NCBI GenBank assembly: GCA_045656605.1
Contig: JAZORO010000070.1
Coordinates: 731 to 64,730, forward strand
Length of the DNA stretch: 64,000 nt
From: Eubacteriales bacterium
GTDB lineage: Bacteria > Bacillota > Clostridia > Oscillospirales > CAG-272
Direction: 5' to 3'
In this document: positions 7,723 to 16,645 of the stretch, in pieces
How positions within the stretch are numbered: the stretch's first letter is position 1
Layout of the letters: the number at the start of each line of letters is the position of its first letter
Notes under the pieces: generated by a model
The model's input: only the letters and a program-made list of their open reading frames with translations
What the model was told of the DNA's origin: nothing
Database searches by the model: none
Program-made: the position numbers and the translations under genes

Positions 7723-8877
7723 ATGAATATTAAAATATCCTCATCCGTAAGAGGCGTAAAGCCTATATATATGGGGGATGATTGTTTTCCCATCATATTC
7801 TCAAACATCGGTATGTCAACCGAGTGCGACTCCTTCTCCCGAGAACTTAGCAAGGTACGCGCCGTCGTCGCCGGAGGCGCAGATGCGGTATCCGACCTGA
7901 CGCTCATCGGAGATATCGAGGACGAGCAAAAAAGAATGCTCGAGAGCGTAAGCGTGCCCTTCGCATCAGTGGCGGCGTATGAAGCGTTTTCAAAGGCAAG
8001 AGGCTCCGAGGGTAAAATCCGAGCCGAGGACTTCATAAGAGTATTCGAAAAGCAGGCAGAGCGCGGAGTTGATATAATAACTCTGCACGCCACCGTGTTT
8101 TCATCGGATAATGAAGAGTTGGGAAGGGGCAAAAGAATTATTCCCTGCACCAGCCGAGGCGGAGCTATGATGCTCGAGCTGATGCGTAAGGGGGGGTACG
8201 AAAATCCCTTCTATACATACTTCGACGACATCATTTCGGTATGTAAAAAATACGGCACGTGCATAAGCCTCGGCCCCACCTATCGCCCGGGCTCTGTCGT
8301 AGACGCAGAATTTTCGGACAACCCGCATTTTACCGAGCTGTACCGTATGGCGAAGCTGGCAAAAAAAGCGACGGACGCCGGTGTCGGCATTGCAGTCGAG
8401 GGGATAGGTCACGCTCCGCTCGACAAAATCCCCGACCTTGTAAAAGAGGCGAAAAGAATAACCGGCAACGTGCCATACCGTGTTCTTAACGTAGCGACAG
8501 ATATCGCTATCGGCTTCGACCACGTTTCTTCAGCGATAGGTAGCTCCGTCGCCGTACAGTACGGCGCTGACAGCATAACAGCGGTAACACGCTCGGAGCA
8601 CCTCGGTATACCGACCGAGGTAGACCTCGTTGAAGCGGTAAGGAGCGCAAAGGTTGCGGCGTATTGCGGATATTCGGCAAGAACGGGTATACGAAAACGT
8701 GACGAGGAGATGTCACGAGCGAGAGCAGAGCGAGGCTGTATAGGGTGCTCCGAGGCAGCGCTTTTCCCCGAGCTTGTGAGCGAATATATCGAAAAAAACG
8801 GTATAGAAAAAAAGGACGCTTCCTGCACTATGTGCGGAGATTGCTGTCCGTTCGTTATTCTAGGTAAGAAAGGATAA
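7723..8877 (+). CDS. ThiC-family radical SAM enzyme, short divergent paralog
   Basis: ThiC-like blocks are present: 'NIGMSTE', 'ITLHAT', 'TSRGGA', 'ENPFYTYFDDIISVCKKYG..ISLGPTYRPG', 'EGIGHAP', 'TDIAIGFDHVSSAIG' and 'VTRSEHLGIP'. The C-terminal Cys cluster is 'CTMCGDCC'. At 384 aa it is shorter than typical ThiC. Confidence 0.7.
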   Translation: MNIKISSSVRGVKPIYMGDDCFPIIFSNIGMSTECDSFSRELSKVRAVVAGGADAVSDLTLIGDIEDEQKRMLESVSVPFASVAAYEAFSKARGSEGKIRAEDFIRVFEKQAERGVDIITLHATVFSSDNEELGRGKRIIPCTSRGGAMMLELMRKGGYENPFYTYFDDIISVCKKYGTCISLGPTYRPGSVVDAEFSDNPHFTELYRMAKLAKKATDAGVGIAVEGIGHAPLDKIPDLVKEAKRITGNVPYRVLNVATDIAIGFDHVSSAIGSSVAVQYGADSITAVTRSEHLGIPTEVDLVEAVRSAKVAAYCGYSARTGIRKRDEEMSRARAERGCIGCSEAALFPELVSEYIEKNGIEKKDASCTMCGDCCPFVILGKKG

Positions 8878-8883
8878 TGGCGT

Positions 8884-9426
8884 ATGTCTGACAGTGTTAA
8901 AGAAGAAGTATGGGATCTTTACGACGCAAGAGGTGTGAAGACCGGACTCGTCGTATCGAGGAGCGATAGGATTCCCGAGGGGCTATACCACCCGGTTGTG
9001 CACGTATGCGTCTTCAACGAAAAGGGAGAAATGCTCATACAAAAGAGAAATGCAGACAAGGCTCTTGAGCCCGACAAGTGGGACGTATCGAGCGGCGGAG
9101 GAGGTATATGCGGTGAAGAAATATACGAATCTGCCGAAAGAGAGCTCAAGGAAGAGCTCGGGATAATTGCAGATTTATCTAACACGCCCCCGCACGTTAC
9201 TCTGTTTTTTGAAACAGGATTTGATACTTATTATATTATCAAGGTAGACTCTCACACCTTCTCTCCGAGTATTCAGAAAAAAGAGATACAGGCTGTAGAT
9301 TGGGTGACAGAGGATAAGATTCTCTCTATGATAGAAAGCGGCAGCTTTGCGTCCTTCAAAAAGAGCTTTATATCTATGCTCTTCGAGCTGAAGGAAACAA
9401 GAGGCTCTCTATCATATAACGTATAA
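8884..9426 (+). CDS. Nudix hydrolase
   Basis: The Nudix box is 'GGGGICGEEIYESAERELKEELGI' (GX5EX7REUXEEXGU). It starts 6 nt after the ThiC-like stop. Confidence 0.85.
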   Translation: MSDSVKEEVWDLYDARGVKTGLVVSRSDRIPEGLYHPVVHVCVFNEKGEMLIQKRNADKALEPDKWDVSSGGGGICGEEIYESAERELKEELGIIADLSNTPPHVTLFFETGFDTYYIIKVDSHTFSPSIQKKEIQAVDWVTEDKILSMIESGSFASFKKSFISMLFELKETRGSLSYNV

Positions 9427-9448
9427 GAATAAAGCTATAACGAAAGCA

Positions 9449-9480
9449 AAGAGCGGGTGCCGTAAGGCTTACCCGCTCTT
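9449..9480. terminator. bidirectional stem-loop terminator between the convergent operon and the udk-like gene
   Basis: A 10-bp stem, AAGAGCGGGT/ACCCGCTCTT, is followed by ATTATTT. Confidence 0.55.
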
Positions 9481-9489
9481 ATTATTTCA

Positions 9490-10425
9490 TTAATACAAAT
9501 GCTCGTATATTCCGCCGGGAATGAACTCTCTTATGAGCGAGTTATCCGGTACACGGGACTCGTCTATCGGGTATATCTCCTTCATAGCCTCAAGGACTAT
9601 ACTTGCGTACGGATCCTTCTTTGCTAACGAGTCGTCGATAAGCGAGAGAGCTCTATCTCTCATTACTCCGGGCTCAAACGGGTGGAAGGTATTGAAAGCG
9701 AGGTCTGCAGTCTCCTTATATGGGTAGAGATAAACGTCCTCGGCGTTCAAAACGCCTCTCCACATCGAGAGAGTTCTCTCGGCGTCAGCGCCCCTATATA
9801 TACTGTCTCTCACCATACGCCTTACGAATCTCAGCTTCCTGCCGGAGAGAATCCTCTCTTCCCCCTTGTTTATATTCGTCGATACGCTGACGAAAAGACG
9901 CAGTATTCTATCCGTCGGTATGCCTGAATAGATTTTCGGATTCAAGGCGTGCAGACCCTCTATGATTACGCACCCGTCGGGCATTGCAGGATAGCTTCTT
10001 TCTTCAACACGCCTCCCCTCTTTAAAATCATAGCGAGGAAGTGTGAAGCTCTCGGAGTTCGCTATTTTCATAAGCGTATCCGAGATAAACGAGAGGTGCA
10101 AAGCCTCCGGACACTCGTAGTCAGGCGTTCCGTCCGAATGCATAGGGTACTCGGGCGAGCCGGAATCCTTATAGAAGTCGTCCAAAGATACGACCATAGC
10201 ATCCTCGCCCCTTGCAACTATTGCATCCTTCAACAGGTTTGCAGTAGTAGTCTTGCCCGAGCCGGACGGTCCCGCAAGCAGTATTATCTTTATTTTTTCG
10301 TGCCCCGTCACGTAGTCTGCAAGCCCACCTATCCTAAAGCGATAAGACTCCTCGGCATCCATAATCATACGGTCGGGGGCTTCTTTCGCCTCTTTGTTCA
10401 GTAAATCAACATCAATCTCAGCCAT
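9490..10425 (-). CDS. uridine kinase-family nucleoside kinase (P-loop)
   Basis: It has the Walker A motif 'LAGPSGSGKTT' and 'VIIEGLHALNP', and its length is typical for this family. The start was set at MAEIDV, which follows GGGAGGAG. Confidence 0.7.
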   Translation of the reverse strand: MAEIDVDLLNKEAKEAPDRMIMDAEESYRFRIGGLADYVTGHEKIKIILLAGPSGSGKTTTANLLKDAIVARGEDAMVVSLDDFYKDSGSPEYPMHSDGTPDYECPEALHLSFISDTLMKIANSESFTLPRYDFKEGRRVEERSYPAMPDGCVIIEGLHALNPKIYSGIPTDRILRLFVSVSTNINKGEERILSGRKLRFVRRMVRDSIYRGADAERTLSMWRGVLNAEDVYLYPYKETADLAFNTFHPFEPGVMRDRALSLIDDSLAKKDPYASIVLEAMKEIYPIDESRVPDNSLIREFIPGGIYEHLY

Positions 10426-10526
10426 AGCTCCTCCCACAATTTACAGAGAGCATAATCTTTATTCTGTCAGCTATATTTCGCTTCGCTGTACAAATATTAT
10501 ATGTACGAAAAAGGAAGGTGTGAGTG

Positions 10527-11030
10527 TCAGAAGCCGTTGATAGGTATATCCTCGTCGTCTGTGCCCTTCGTTACCTTAAGTATCTTTACGTAATAGCTGA
10601 GCGCCGCCGACACCTCGATAAGCACCCTCTCGCCCTCCTTGTGTCCGAGAAGCGCCGAGCCGAGAGGAGACTCCTTGCTTATCAATCCGACAAGGGCATT
10701 CTGCCTGAGGGTGGTTACTATCTGTATCTCTCTTTGCTGCCCGTTTTTCTCATTGTGAATCAAAACACGGTCGAAAAGTCCAATCTCGTCATCGCCCGTC
10801 GCAGTCTCGATGATCCTCGCCGTCCTTATCATATTTTCAAGATAGCGTATGCGACTCTCGTTGCGACGCTTCTCGCGCTTCGCCTCTTTATATTCAGCGT
10901 TCTCTGAAAGGTCTCCGAACTCCCTCGTTCTTCTAAGCTCCTCGCCAAGCTTCGGCGCAAGCACGCTTCTCCTATAGAGGATCTCCTCCTCCATCTTCTT
11001 TATATCTACCTCTGTCAGCTCGTCGTACAT
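10527..11030 (-). CDS. greA: transcription elongation factor GreA
   Basis: 'FGDLSENAEYKEAKREKRRNESRIRYLENMI' is present and the C-terminal domain is GreA-like. Confidence 0.9.
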   Translation of the reverse strand: MYDELTEVDIKKMEEEILYRRSVLAPKLGEELRRTREFGDLSENAEYKEAKREKRRNESRIRYLENMIRTARIIETATGDDEIGLFDRVLIHNEKNGQQREIQIVTTLRQNALVGLISKESPLGSALLGHKEGERVLIEVSAALSYYVKILKVTKGTDDEDIPINGF

Positions 11031-11098
11031 TATCAGCTTCTCCCTATCGTATCGCCTATAACCATATAATTATGGGGCGAAGAACGCCCCATAAGAAA

Positions 11099-12301
11099 TT
11101 ACTTTTTAAGCTCGCTTACTATCGCAAGAGTATCTCTCGCAATAACCAGCTCCTCGTTGGTAGGAATAACGAACACCTTGACAGCGGAATCGGAGCTTGA
11201 GAGCTCGATCTCCTTGCCTCTTATAGCGTTCTTTTCCTTATCAATCTTTACGCCGAGGAAAGCAAGCTTATCGCATACACGCTCTCTGTAAAGTGCGGTA
11301 TTCTCTCCTATTCCACCAGTGAAGACGATAGCATCTACACCGCCCATAGCAGCGGCGTATCCGCCAACAAACTTAAGCATCTGGTGAACGTACATATCTA
11401 TAACGAGTCTTGCTCTGTCGTTGCCCTCTTCAGCCATACGGAGTATCTCCTGGTTATCACTTGTAACCTGCGAAACGCCGCGCATACCCGACTTCTTATT
11501 CATCATAGCGTCAATCTCATCGGCAGTGGTAACCTCGCCCTTCCTCATAAGATAAGGAATAATAGCGGGGTCTATGCTACCGCACCTCGTACCCATCATA
11601 ATTCCCTCAAGAGGAGTGACGCCCATAGAGGTATCGAAACACTTACCGTCCTTTACAGCCGCAAAGGATGCGCCGTTACCGAGGTGGCAGGTAATGATCC
11701 TCGTTCCCTCAGCCTTGCCGCCGAGGAGCTCAACAGCCCTCTTGCTGACAAATCTGTGAGATGTGCCGTGGAATCCATAGCGACGGATTTTATACTTCTC
11801 GTAATACTCATACGGAAGCGCATACATATATGCATAATCCGGCATCGACTGATGGAACTCGGTATCAAATACCGCTACTTGCGGAACGTCCATAATGCTC
11901 TGGCAAGCCTTGATTCCCGTGAGGTTCGCCGGGTTATGTAACGGGCCGAGATCGATACAATCGGTTATGATCTGTTTAACCTCTTCTGTGACCAAAGCGC
12001 TCTTCGCAAGCTTATCTCCGCCGTGAAGAACTCTGTGTCCGACAGCGCTTATCTCGTCTACGCTCTTTATTACGCCTCTGTTCTCGTCAACAAGAGTGTT
12101 GAGCACGAGCTTCAGCGCATCGGCGTGATCTGCGATAGAGCACTTGATGGCATAATCTTCTCTGCCGGGTACCTTATACTTAAAGCCCGACTTGCCGCCT
12201 ATCTCCTCACAGATACCCTTGGCAATAACCTCTTCATTCTCCATATCTATCAGCTGGAACTTCAAAGAAGAGCTGCCCGCATTGATTACAAGAATTTTCA
12301 T
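11099..12301 (-). CDS. ackA: acetate kinase
   Basis: 'MKILVINAGSSSLKFQL', 'GFHGTSH' and 'FTGGIGEN' are all present. Confidence 0.95.
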   Translation of the reverse strand: MKILVINAGSSSLKFQLIDMENEEVIAKGICEEIGGKSGFKYKVPGREDYAIKCSIADHADALKLVLNTLVDENRGVIKSVDEISAVGHRVLHGGDKLAKSALVTEEVKQIITDCIDLGPLHNPANLTGIKACQSIMDVPQVAVFDTEFHQSMPDYAYMYALPYEYYEKYKIRRYGFHGTSHRFVSKRAVELLGGKAEGTRIITCHLGNGASFAAVKDGKCFDTSMGVTPLEGIMMGTRCGSIDPAIIPYLMRKGEVTTADEIDAMMNKKSGMRGVSQVTSDNQEILRMAEEGNDRARLVIDMYVHQMLKFVGGYAAAMGGVDAIVFTGGIGENTALYRERVCDKLAFLGVKIDKEKNAIRGKEIELSSSDSAVKVFVIPTNEELVIARDTLAIVSELKK

Positions 12302-12328
12302 TTCAAATCCGTCCTTTATTTTTATTTT

Positions 12329-12838
12329 TTATTTTGCAAATAACGAGGCGTCAGCCATATACGGCGCCTTAATGATAAGGCAGTAGATAACGGCGACAAC
12401 CACGCCGAGGAAAAAGCCGAAGAAAACCTGCAACGGGGTGTGCCCGACCAGCTCCTTAAGTCTTTCTATCCTTATCTTCTCATCCTTATTTTTAACTAAA
12501 TCATTGAGGAGCTCTGCCATTTGCTTAATCGTTACAGCCTGCTTACCGGTCTCGCGTCGGACGCCCATAGCATCGTGCATAACCACTGCGGCAAGAACAG
12601 CGGAAATAGCAAACTCCACACTCCCGAACCCGTAAAGCCATCCGCACATAGCCGCAAGAGCTCCGACCGTCGCAGAATGACCGCTCGGCATACCGCCGTC
12701 ACCCCACAGGCGCTCAATGATAAGCCTGCGCTCCACAACAAGATTGATTATTATCTTAAATACCTGAGCGAAAAACCAAGCGAAGAATGCGCAAAGAAGC
12801 AATCCGTTAGTAAAAAAATCAACAATATAATTCATCAT
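12329..12838 (-). CDS. divergent PAP2 / DUF212 family membrane protein
   Basis: 'GGMPSGHSATV' is present in a multi-TM protein of about 165 aa. Confidence 0.75.
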   Translation of the reverse strand: MMNYIVDFFTNGLLLCAFFAWFFAQVFKIIINLVVERRLIIERLWGDGGMPSGHSATVGALAAMCGWLYGFGSVEFAISAVLAAVVMHDAMGVRRETGKQAVTIKQMAELLNDLVKNKDEKIRIERLKELVGHTPLQVFFGFFLGVVVAVIYCLIIKAPYMADASLFAK

Positions 12839-13081
12839 ATACCTCTTTTCTCATTCTATATTATTTTACCATCTTTGTTTAAATATTTCAACCCCTTTTA
12901 AAAACAAAGAATCTCCGATGTGTAAAATCAGCGAGGAATAACAAGGTATGCTTCGGAATAAGCTTATAGTACATCATTTGCAAGGGAAAAACTTTATATC
13001 CGCATCGGGTATTGACATATGTATATTCGTTATGTTATACTTATCTAAAAAACGGCACAGCCGTCAAAAAAGGAGATTACT

Positions 13082-13324
13082 ATGGCTTCCACTTCTCTTA
13101 CCGCTACTTACGAGGCGCTCCCCAAAATCGCTAAGATTCTTATCCAGATTTTCGCAGGAGCTATTGTCGGCGGAATTTACAGAATTCTTCGCTATCTAGA
13201 AACTAAGAATACCATAACCCTTGTTGCAGGTATCCTTAACTTCGTAGGTCTTGGGGTTGTGTTCTGGGTAGTTGACCTCGTTACCGAGATAACAAACGAC
13301 AGAATCACCGTCCTTGCCGACTGA
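13082..13324 (+). CDS. small hypothetical membrane protein
   Basis: AAAGGAG lies 7 nt before the ATG. There are two hydrophobic segments, and a downstream hairpin (AGGGGG...CCCCCT plus a T-rich run) follows. Confidence 0.45.
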   Translation: MASTSLTATYEALPKIAKILIQIFAGAIVGGIYRILRYLETKNTITLVAGILNFVGLGVVFWVVDLVTEITNDRITVLAD

Positions 13325-13406
13325 TTTCGAGCGGACACTAAGAACTTTTTAGGGGGTGGACTCAGTCTTCCCCCTTTTATCTTTAAAAAAGAAAGGAGAA
13401 AGAAAA

Positions 13407-13940
13407 ATGTCAAACATCTGGCACGATATATCGCCGAAAAGAATAACGCCCGAGGACTTCATCTGCGTCATCGAAATTACAAAAAGCAGTAAGAAAAAGT
13501 ACGAGCTCGATAAGGAAACAGGATTTATTATGCTCGACAGAATTCTCTACACCTCTACTCACTACCCTGCGAACTACGGCTTTATACCCCGTACCTACGG
13601 AGACGACGGAGACCCGCTCGACGTCTTGCTTATCTGTGCAGAGCCTATTGAGCCTATGACGCTCGTCAGAGCCTATCCCATAGGCGTCATCACTATGATA
13701 GACAACGGACGCCACGACGAAAAAATAATAGCTATTCCTTACAAAGACCCAAACTACAACCACTATACCGATATCGACCAGCTGCCCGCACATATCTTTG
13801 ACGAGATGAGGCACTTCTTCACGGTCTACAAAAGCCTCGAGAATAAGACGACAGCAGTCAATGAAGTATCGCCGAGAGCCGAAGCTCTGCGTGTTATAAA
13901 AGATGGTATTGAGAACTATATAAACACTTTTTGTAAATAA
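13407..13940 (+). CDS. ppa: inorganic pyrophosphatase (family I)
   Basis: 'KKYELDKETG', 'YPANYGFIPRTYGDDGDPLDVL' and 'DEKIIA' are present. The start was set at MSNIW, which follows AAAGGAGAAAG. Confidence 0.9.
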   Translation: MSNIWHDISPKRITPEDFICVIEITKSSKKKYELDKETGFIMLDRILYTSTHYPANYGFIPRTYGDDGDPLDVLLICAEPIEPMTLVRAYPIGVITMIDNGRHDEKIIAIPYKDPNYNHYTDIDQLPAHIFDEMRHFFTVYKSLENKTTAVNEVSPRAEALRVIKDGIENYINTFCK

Positions 13941-13961
13941 TTATTTTCATTTTATCGAAAA

Positions 13962-14012
13962 AAGCAAACGAGCGCCCCGTTCTACCGAAGAATCGCTCGT
14001 TTGCTTTTTTCG
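13962..14012. terminator. bidirectional rho-independent terminator (ppa / feo operon)
   Basis: A 13-bp stem, AAGCAAACGAGCG/CGCTCGTTTGCTT, is flanked by an A-run and a T-run. Confidence 0.75.
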
Positions 14013-14069
14013 CTTTTTAATCTTTTTTAAGAAAAGCAGGTCATATGGATAGCCCAAGATCTCCCTATA

Positions 14070-14270
14070 TTAAAGAGAGTCCTCTCCATCCTCGTCATCC
14101 CGATCCTTAAGCGCTCCGCATACGTTACCGTATCTGCACTTCTCGCAGGATTTTGACTCAGGGCAGCCTATGCAACCCTTGCCCCTCTTCTTCGAGATTA
14201 CAATATACGCTATTGCCAAGCCTACAATCAGAGCTATGACAAGAGCAATCACTATTTCCTTAGCGTCCAT
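14070..14270 (-). CDS. FeoB-associated Cys-rich membrane protein
   Basis: An N-terminal TM helix is followed by 'GCIGCPESKSCEKCRYGNVC'. Its start overlaps the feoB stop (TAATG). Confidence 0.8.
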   Translation of the reverse strand: MDAKEIVIALVIALIVGLAIAYIVISKKRGKGCIGCPESKSCEKCRYGNVCGALKDRDDEDGEDSL

Positions 14271-16276
14271 TATTTAACCTCAGATTTTTCCTTGTTTTCG
14301 GTCTTCCTTTTCAGCTGCGCATTCCGTCTCAATACAAGTATAAGTATAACCGCCACTATCAGAGCAAATACGCTCCATCCGAGCACAGGCGCCCAAGGGG
14401 TCGGAAAAACTCCGCCCGTAATCAGCGTGCCGAAAAAGTATACGAGATGCCCGATCGAGAAGCCTACAGCAAGCTGAAGCGCTATGCCCGAGAAGAACCA
14501 TTTCTTGTTACCTATCTCCGCATTCATCGCTCCTATTGCCGCAAAGCAAGGGGGAGAAAACAGATTGAACATCAGGTATGCGAGCGCCGCTACCGACGTA
14601 ATGCCGAACACACTCGCAATCTCAACCGCAGCTCCGTCTATAATTACGAACTGCTCCGTGTCGATAAGATTGGATATACCGTAGGATACCGCCAAGCTTC
14701 CTACAACGTTCTCTTTTGCTATAAATCCCACGATTGCCGCCGCCGCAAGCTGCCAAGCTACGACTCCGACAACAGGCGCTATAACGTATGCAAACGGGGT
14801 TGCGATAGTTGCGAGTATCGAATCCTCAGCATCGCTGACGGCTCTGAAATCCCAGCCGAAATTCTGCATCAGGTGAATTGCAAAATTACATACAAGTATC
14901 ACAGTGCCCGCCTTAACAATATATGCCCAGCCTCGCTCAAGCGTGGATGAAACAGCTCTCAAAAAGTTCGGCACCTTATATTCGGGCAGCTCCATAATAA
15001 AGAAGTTCTTCTTTTTTCTGTTGCCTGTTATAAGATTTATAAGTAAAGCTCCTATGAGAATAACAACGATACCGACAAAATACATCAGCGTGCCTACCCA
15101 CGGATTGTCGCCGAAAAACACCCCTGCGAACAGGGCTATTACAGGAAGCTTAGCTCCACAGGGCATAAAGGGTGCGAGCATAGCGGTAGCTCTGCGCTCC
15201 CTCTCGTTGCGTATCGTACGGCAGGACATAACACCGGGTATAGCGCAGCCCGTGCCGATTATAAATGGTATTGCCGACTTACCGGAAAGTCCGACCTTCT
15301 TGAATATGGGGTCAAGAACAACGGTAGCCCTAGCCATATATCCCGAGTCCTCGAGCAAGGCAATAAGGAAGTACATCACCATAACGAGCGGCAAAAAGCC
15401 GATTACGGCGATAACTCCGCCTATAATTCCGTCAACAAGGATGAACGACCACACGCTCTCTGTACCGACAAGACCGGATACAAGCTCCTTTCCCCGCTCG
15501 AGCACGCCGACGAAAAGATCTGCGAGCCAAACGCCGGGACCTGCCTGTGAAAGCCAGAACACGGCAAACATAACCAGCGCAAAAATCGGAATACCCAGCC
15601 ACTTATTAGTGAGAATTCTATCCACCTTATCCTGCACGGGGTGCTCGATAAGTGCGGGGTTACGCCGTTCGACGTTGGATACTACCCCATCGACAAATCT
15701 ATATCTCTCTCTGTCCGATTCCCGAGACTCTGCGGGAGTCAGAGGCACGGCGGAATCCGAGTACGGAGCTGTCTGAACGCCACCCGCAAGAGAGATAGCC
15801 ATAGACACGAGCTTGTCAAGCCCTCTGCCCGAGGTCGACGCAGTTTCAATAACAGGGCAATTCAGAAGAGCGGAGAGCGCCTCTGTATCTATAAACGTCT
15901 CGCGCTTCTCATTGACGTCCGTCTTGTTTAAAGCGATGACAACGGGAATGCCTATCTCAAGAAGCTGTGTCGTGAAAAACAAACTCCTCGAAAGATTTGT
16001 AGCGTCAACTATATTTATAATAACGTCGGGGCGCTCGTTCTTTATAAAAGAGCTGGTTATACTCTCCTCGGACGTAAAGGGCGAGATAGAATATGCGCCC
16101 GGCAGATCTATAGCAATTATACCCGCCTTACCCGAAGTATATCTCCTTCTGATAAGGCGCTCCTTTCTCTCTACGGTTACTCCCGCCCAGTTTCCAACCT
16201 TTTCTTTTCCGCCGGTAATGACGTTGTACATTGTGGTCTTTCCGCTGTTCGGATTGCCCGCAAGCGCAATTCTCAT
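14270..16276 (-). CDS. feoB: ferrous iron transporter FeoB
   Basis: It has the G-domain motif 'IALAGNPNSGKTT' and a large polytopic C-terminal domain. The start was set at MRIALAG, which follows GGGAGGGAAG. Confidence 0.95.
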   Translation of the reverse strand: MRIALAGNPNSGKTTMYNVITGGKEKVGNWAGVTVERKERLIRRRYTSGKAGIIAIDLPGAYSISPFTSEESITSSFIKNERPDVIINIVDATNLSRSLFFTTQLLEIGIPVVIALNKTDVNEKRETFIDTEALSALLNCPVIETASTSGRGLDKLVSMAISLAGGVQTAPYSDSAVPLTPAESRESDRERYRFVDGVVSNVERRNPALIEHPVQDKVDRILTNKWLGIPIFALVMFAVFWLSQAGPGVWLADLFVGVLERGKELVSGLVGTESVWSFILVDGIIGGVIAVIGFLPLVMVMYFLIALLEDSGYMARATVVLDPIFKKVGLSGKSAIPFIIGTGCAIPGVMSCRTIRNERERRATAMLAPFMPCGAKLPVIALFAGVFFGDNPWVGTLMYFVGIVVILIGALLINLITGNRKKKNFFIMELPEYKVPNFLRAVSSTLERGWAYIVKAGTVILVCNFAIHLMQNFGWDFRAVSDAEDSILATIATPFAYVIAPVVGVVAWQLAAAAIVGFIAKENVVGSLAVSYGISNLIDTEQFVIIDGAAVEIASVFGITSVAALAYLMFNLFSPPCFAAIGAMNAEIGNKKWFFSGIALQLAVGFSIGHLVYFFGTLITGGVFPTPWAPVLGWSVFALIVAVILILVLRRNAQLKRKTENKEKSEVK

Positions 16277-16322
16277 TCTTCCCTCCCGAAAACTTCGTCT
16301 CAATCTTCACTAAGCTCCAACA

Positions 16323-16344
16323 TCGGTTAGCCTCTGCTAACCGA
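16323..16344. promoter_or_regulatory. DtxR/IdeR-box-like palindrome between feoA and feoB
   Basis: TCGGTTAGC-CTCT-GCTAACCGA has perfect 9-bp arms. Its core, GTTAGCCTCTGCTAACC, is identical to the site at 16622-16638. Confidence 0.5.
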
Positions 16345-16368
16345 CTTTCAAAAAAAGCAGCCGGCGCA

Positions 16369-16584
16369 TCAGCGCACGGTTATCGCTTCTGCAAGATTAA
16401 TATCTATGCTGTACCTGCTGTTTTTAACCATTAACACGCATCCGCTCTTGCGGCGTGAAATAAGCCTTACGCTCTCGCCGCTATAGCACCCTATGGAGAA
16501 TAGGAAAGCGTTCAGCTCCTCGTCCTCGGTTTCTATACTGTCAACTATATAGTCCTTACCTTCCTCGGCATAGCGTAAATTCAT
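16369..16584 (-). CDS. feoA: FeoA family protein
   Basis: A 71-aa SH3-like FeoA sequence lies immediately upstream of feoB. Confidence 0.85.
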   Translation of the reverse strand: MNLRYAEEGKDYIVDSIETEDEELNAFLFSIGCYSGESVRLISRRKSGCVLMVKNSRYSIDINLAEAITVR

Positions 16585-16621
16585 ACATTCCCCCCGGGGT
16601 GTTTCTAAAAATTCGATGTCA

Positions 16622-16638
16622 GTTAGCCTCTGCTAACC
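16622..16638. promoter_or_regulatory. DtxR-box-like operator overlapping the feoA transcription start
   Basis: GTTAGC-CTCT-GCTAAC(C) lies directly downstream of the -10 of the feoA promoter. Confidence 0.55.
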
Positions 16639-16645
16639 ACAAGTT

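Noticed and set aside
16323-16344. The feoA-feoB palindrome read as an intrinsic terminator or attenuator.
   Set aside because: In the transcribed (minus) orientation no U-run follows the stem. The identical core at the promoter-proximal site argues for a protein operator, although an RNA role is not excluded.
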